A stretch of 64,000 nucleotides of DNA from Octopus vulgaris (Eukaryota): assembly GCA_951406725.2 (NCBI GenBank), contig OX597829.1:27094001-27158000 (forward strand). The letters are read 5' to 3'. The notes below the pieces were generated by a model. That model ran no database searches. It was not told the origin of the DNA and was given only the letters and a program-made list of their open reading frames with translations. A program made the position numbers and the translations under genes. The number at the start of each line of letters is the position of its first letter. Within the stretch, counting starts at the first letter, position 1. Below, piece by piece: positions 61,648-64,000 of this stretch.

Positions 61648-61810
61648 CAATAGGTTTCTTTCAGTTTCCGTCTACCAAATCCACTCACAAGGCTTTGGTT
61701 GGTCCGAGGCTATAATAGAGGACACTTGCCCAAGGTGCCACGCAGTGGGACTGAACCTGGGACCATGTGGTTGGTAAGCAAGCTACTCATCACACAGCCA
61801 CCCTTATGCC
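61385..61810 (-). mobile_element. Relatively young full-length CORE-type SINE with internal (CA)n(CATA)n
   Basis: Close reverse-complement match to 4579-4939, with several CpGs retained. Confidence 0.9.
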
Positions 61811-62229
61811 TAATTAGTTAAATTTATATTATAAAATATACTAAGAGAATATTTTGTGGTTATCTACTATGATAAACTATAGATCCACACTCCATTATTG
61901 ATACATAAGCTAATATACAGAAGACTGAAAACTAAGCAATATTGATAAGCTTTAGATGAAGGGATATAAACTACCATCACAAGCATTTCAGAAACAAGTG
62001 TCATCTACTACAGCCCCAGGCTGACTAGTGCCTTATTGAGTGGATTTGCTAGATTGAAATTGTCATAAATGTGTGTGTGCATGCATGTGCTTCCATACTT
62101 GTGCTTGCATGAATATTGATATTCCATTTCTTTGCTTGACTCTACTTGAGTGAATTGGTTCAAACTTTTATAAATTTGTAAGGAAGTAAAGAATCTCAAA
62201 ATTGTTTACTGTACAAGTAATGACTCATT

Positions 62230-62997
62230 TAATGCAGCTGTGGTTGAGAAGTTTGTTCCCAACCACATGGTTTCAGATTCAGTCCCATGTGTGGCACATC
62301 TTCTATATCCCTGGGCCAACTGAAGCCTAGAGAGTGAATCTTGTAGAAAGAAACTGAAACAAGACCACCGTGTGCATGTGTGTGTAAATGTCTCTGTGTA
62401 TGTATGTGTCTCTTTGCCTTGACATTACATGATAGTTGTAAATGAGTGTCTCTATTGTGCAAACAATGTTATTCATTTCCAATATTCTGTGAAAATATGT
62501 CTGACCATGGGGAAATATCATCTTGCTTAGAAACAGGTAAGAGTTGGCAATAGGAAGGCCAACAAGCTGTAGAAAATCTGCCTCAATAAACTTTGTTGGA
62601 CCCATACTAGCATGGAAAAGTATGCATTAAAACAATGGTGCACACGTACTGTATAGGCACAGGCATGGCTGTATGATAAGAAGTTTCCTTCCCAACCACA
62701 TAGTTCTGAGTTTGGTCCCATTGCATGGCACCTTGTGAGTGGGTTTGGTAGACGGAAACTGAAAGAAGCTTATTTTTGTGTGTGTGTGTCTTTGTGTTTG
62801 TCCCCCATCCACTGTTTGACAACTGGTGTTGGTGTGTTTAAATTCCTGTAACTTAGCAGTTTGGCAAAAGAGAGTGATAGAATAAGCACTAGTTTTTAAA
62901 AAATAAGTACTGGGGTTGATTCATTAGACTAAAATTCTTTGAGGTGGTGCCCCAGCATGGCCAGAGTCTAATGACTGAAACGAGTAAAAGAAAAGAA
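62230..62997 (+). mobile_element. Two adjacent CORE-type SINEs: RTE-tailed (~62230-62640) and non-RTE-tailed (~62657-62997)
   Basis: Shared tRNA-like heads with different 3' tails. Confidence 0.85.
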
Positions 62998-63776
62998 AAA
63001 TTTTCCTAATTTTTTTTTTTTGTTTAAATAAGTATCATTTCAGGATTGTCCAAAATATATGCTTCTTATATTTTATTTCCTAACCTGTTTATACCAATGA
63101 ACACCCTCACTTCTTGAAACAATTTCTGTTTAGCATGTATTTATGTAAATATTAATCTTGTGTAAAATAAAATTTTTCATCTAAATTGGATTTTTAAATA
63201 ATTCACAATCATCTGAAAATTATATTTTAAATATTTTCCTCTAATTTTTAATATTTTTGTCTCATTTTGTAGTTTTTATACTTCTTTTGGTCAATTTTCC
63301 TATTTGTTGAACTTGATGAGAACCATCTGATGCAATTATTTTAACTGTTTCTATTAGCATATGTGATAAAGGCCTAAGACCTAATTTGTATTTTGACTCT
63401 ACTCTAGTTTCAATTTGTTTATATCATTTTTTTAATGTCCACTGTTCCATGCTTCCATGGGTCAGATGGGATTCAATGAGTCAGATTTTTTCACAACTAG
63501 ATGCTCTTTCTGTTGCCCTTCACTTGTTTCCAAGCAAGGAAATATTTTCCCATGATTGGACATGTATGTATTCATAGAAAATTGGAAATTAATGACACTG
63601 CTTGGTTGGAAAGCAAGAGGCTTAACTTCTACTCATTATTTGTGGATATCATTCTTATATACCATTTTAAAATTGATTGTATAATTTTGCTTTTTTTGTC
63701 ATTTTTGCATAATCTGTTAAAAATTTCCCTCAAATTCTGAAGTGCTTTTGCCTAACAAAATTGATATTATTTGATG

Positions 63777-63999
63777 TTAACCCTTCCGTTACAGTATTTA
63801 TTTTGAGATGCTCTGTGTTTCTTTCAATTACTTTAAATATAGCAAAGAATTTAGTAAAATAACTTAGCTATCATTCAGCTAGTGTTAGGAACATAAATTG
63901 TGACTAAGGTTTGGTGGAAGATTTTAATTAAAAACTTATGTAAACAAGACATTTGTACTTCAGAGCCAGTTTCAGCCAGGCTGGTAACGAAAAGGTTAA
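63777..63999. mobile_element. Complete 215-bp piggyBac-type MITE with TTAA TSD
   Basis: TTAA|CCCTTCCGTTAC ... GTAACGAAAAGG|TTAA. Confidence 0.85.
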
Positions 64000-64000
64000 A

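Overview
AT-rich, repeat-dense animal genomic DNA. The SINE, RTE and MITE content looks like a coleoid cephalopod, most likely Octopus (inferred from repeat recognition, not a database search). Two intron-rich genes sit head to head around about 20.0-20.4 kb. On the + strand is a ZDHHC5/8-type palmitoyltransferase, with coding exon 1 at 20505-20596 and exon 2 at 53496-53617, separated by a 32.9 kb intron. On the - strand is a gene for a probably N-myristoylated protein (MGNS...), with exons at 18335-18460, 982-1047 and 277-478, that resembles the N-terminus of MEAK7/Rtc5-like TLDc proteins. Both genes run out of the window. Most of the rest is mobile-element debris: tRNA-derived SINEs, RTE and CR1 LINE relics, Penelope-like relics, several Tc1/mariner lineages, a composite Helitron, TTAA MITEs and microsatellites. 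Almost all ORF-track entries are spurious. The best leads are hammerhead-ribozyme motifs in (TA)n-embedded or foldback modules in ZDHHC intron 1, a candidate pair of mutually exclusive ATG-bearing exons that would switch N-myristoylation on or off, and a chain of uORFs overlapping the ZDHHC start. Repeat boundaries are approximate; exon boundaries were read base by base.
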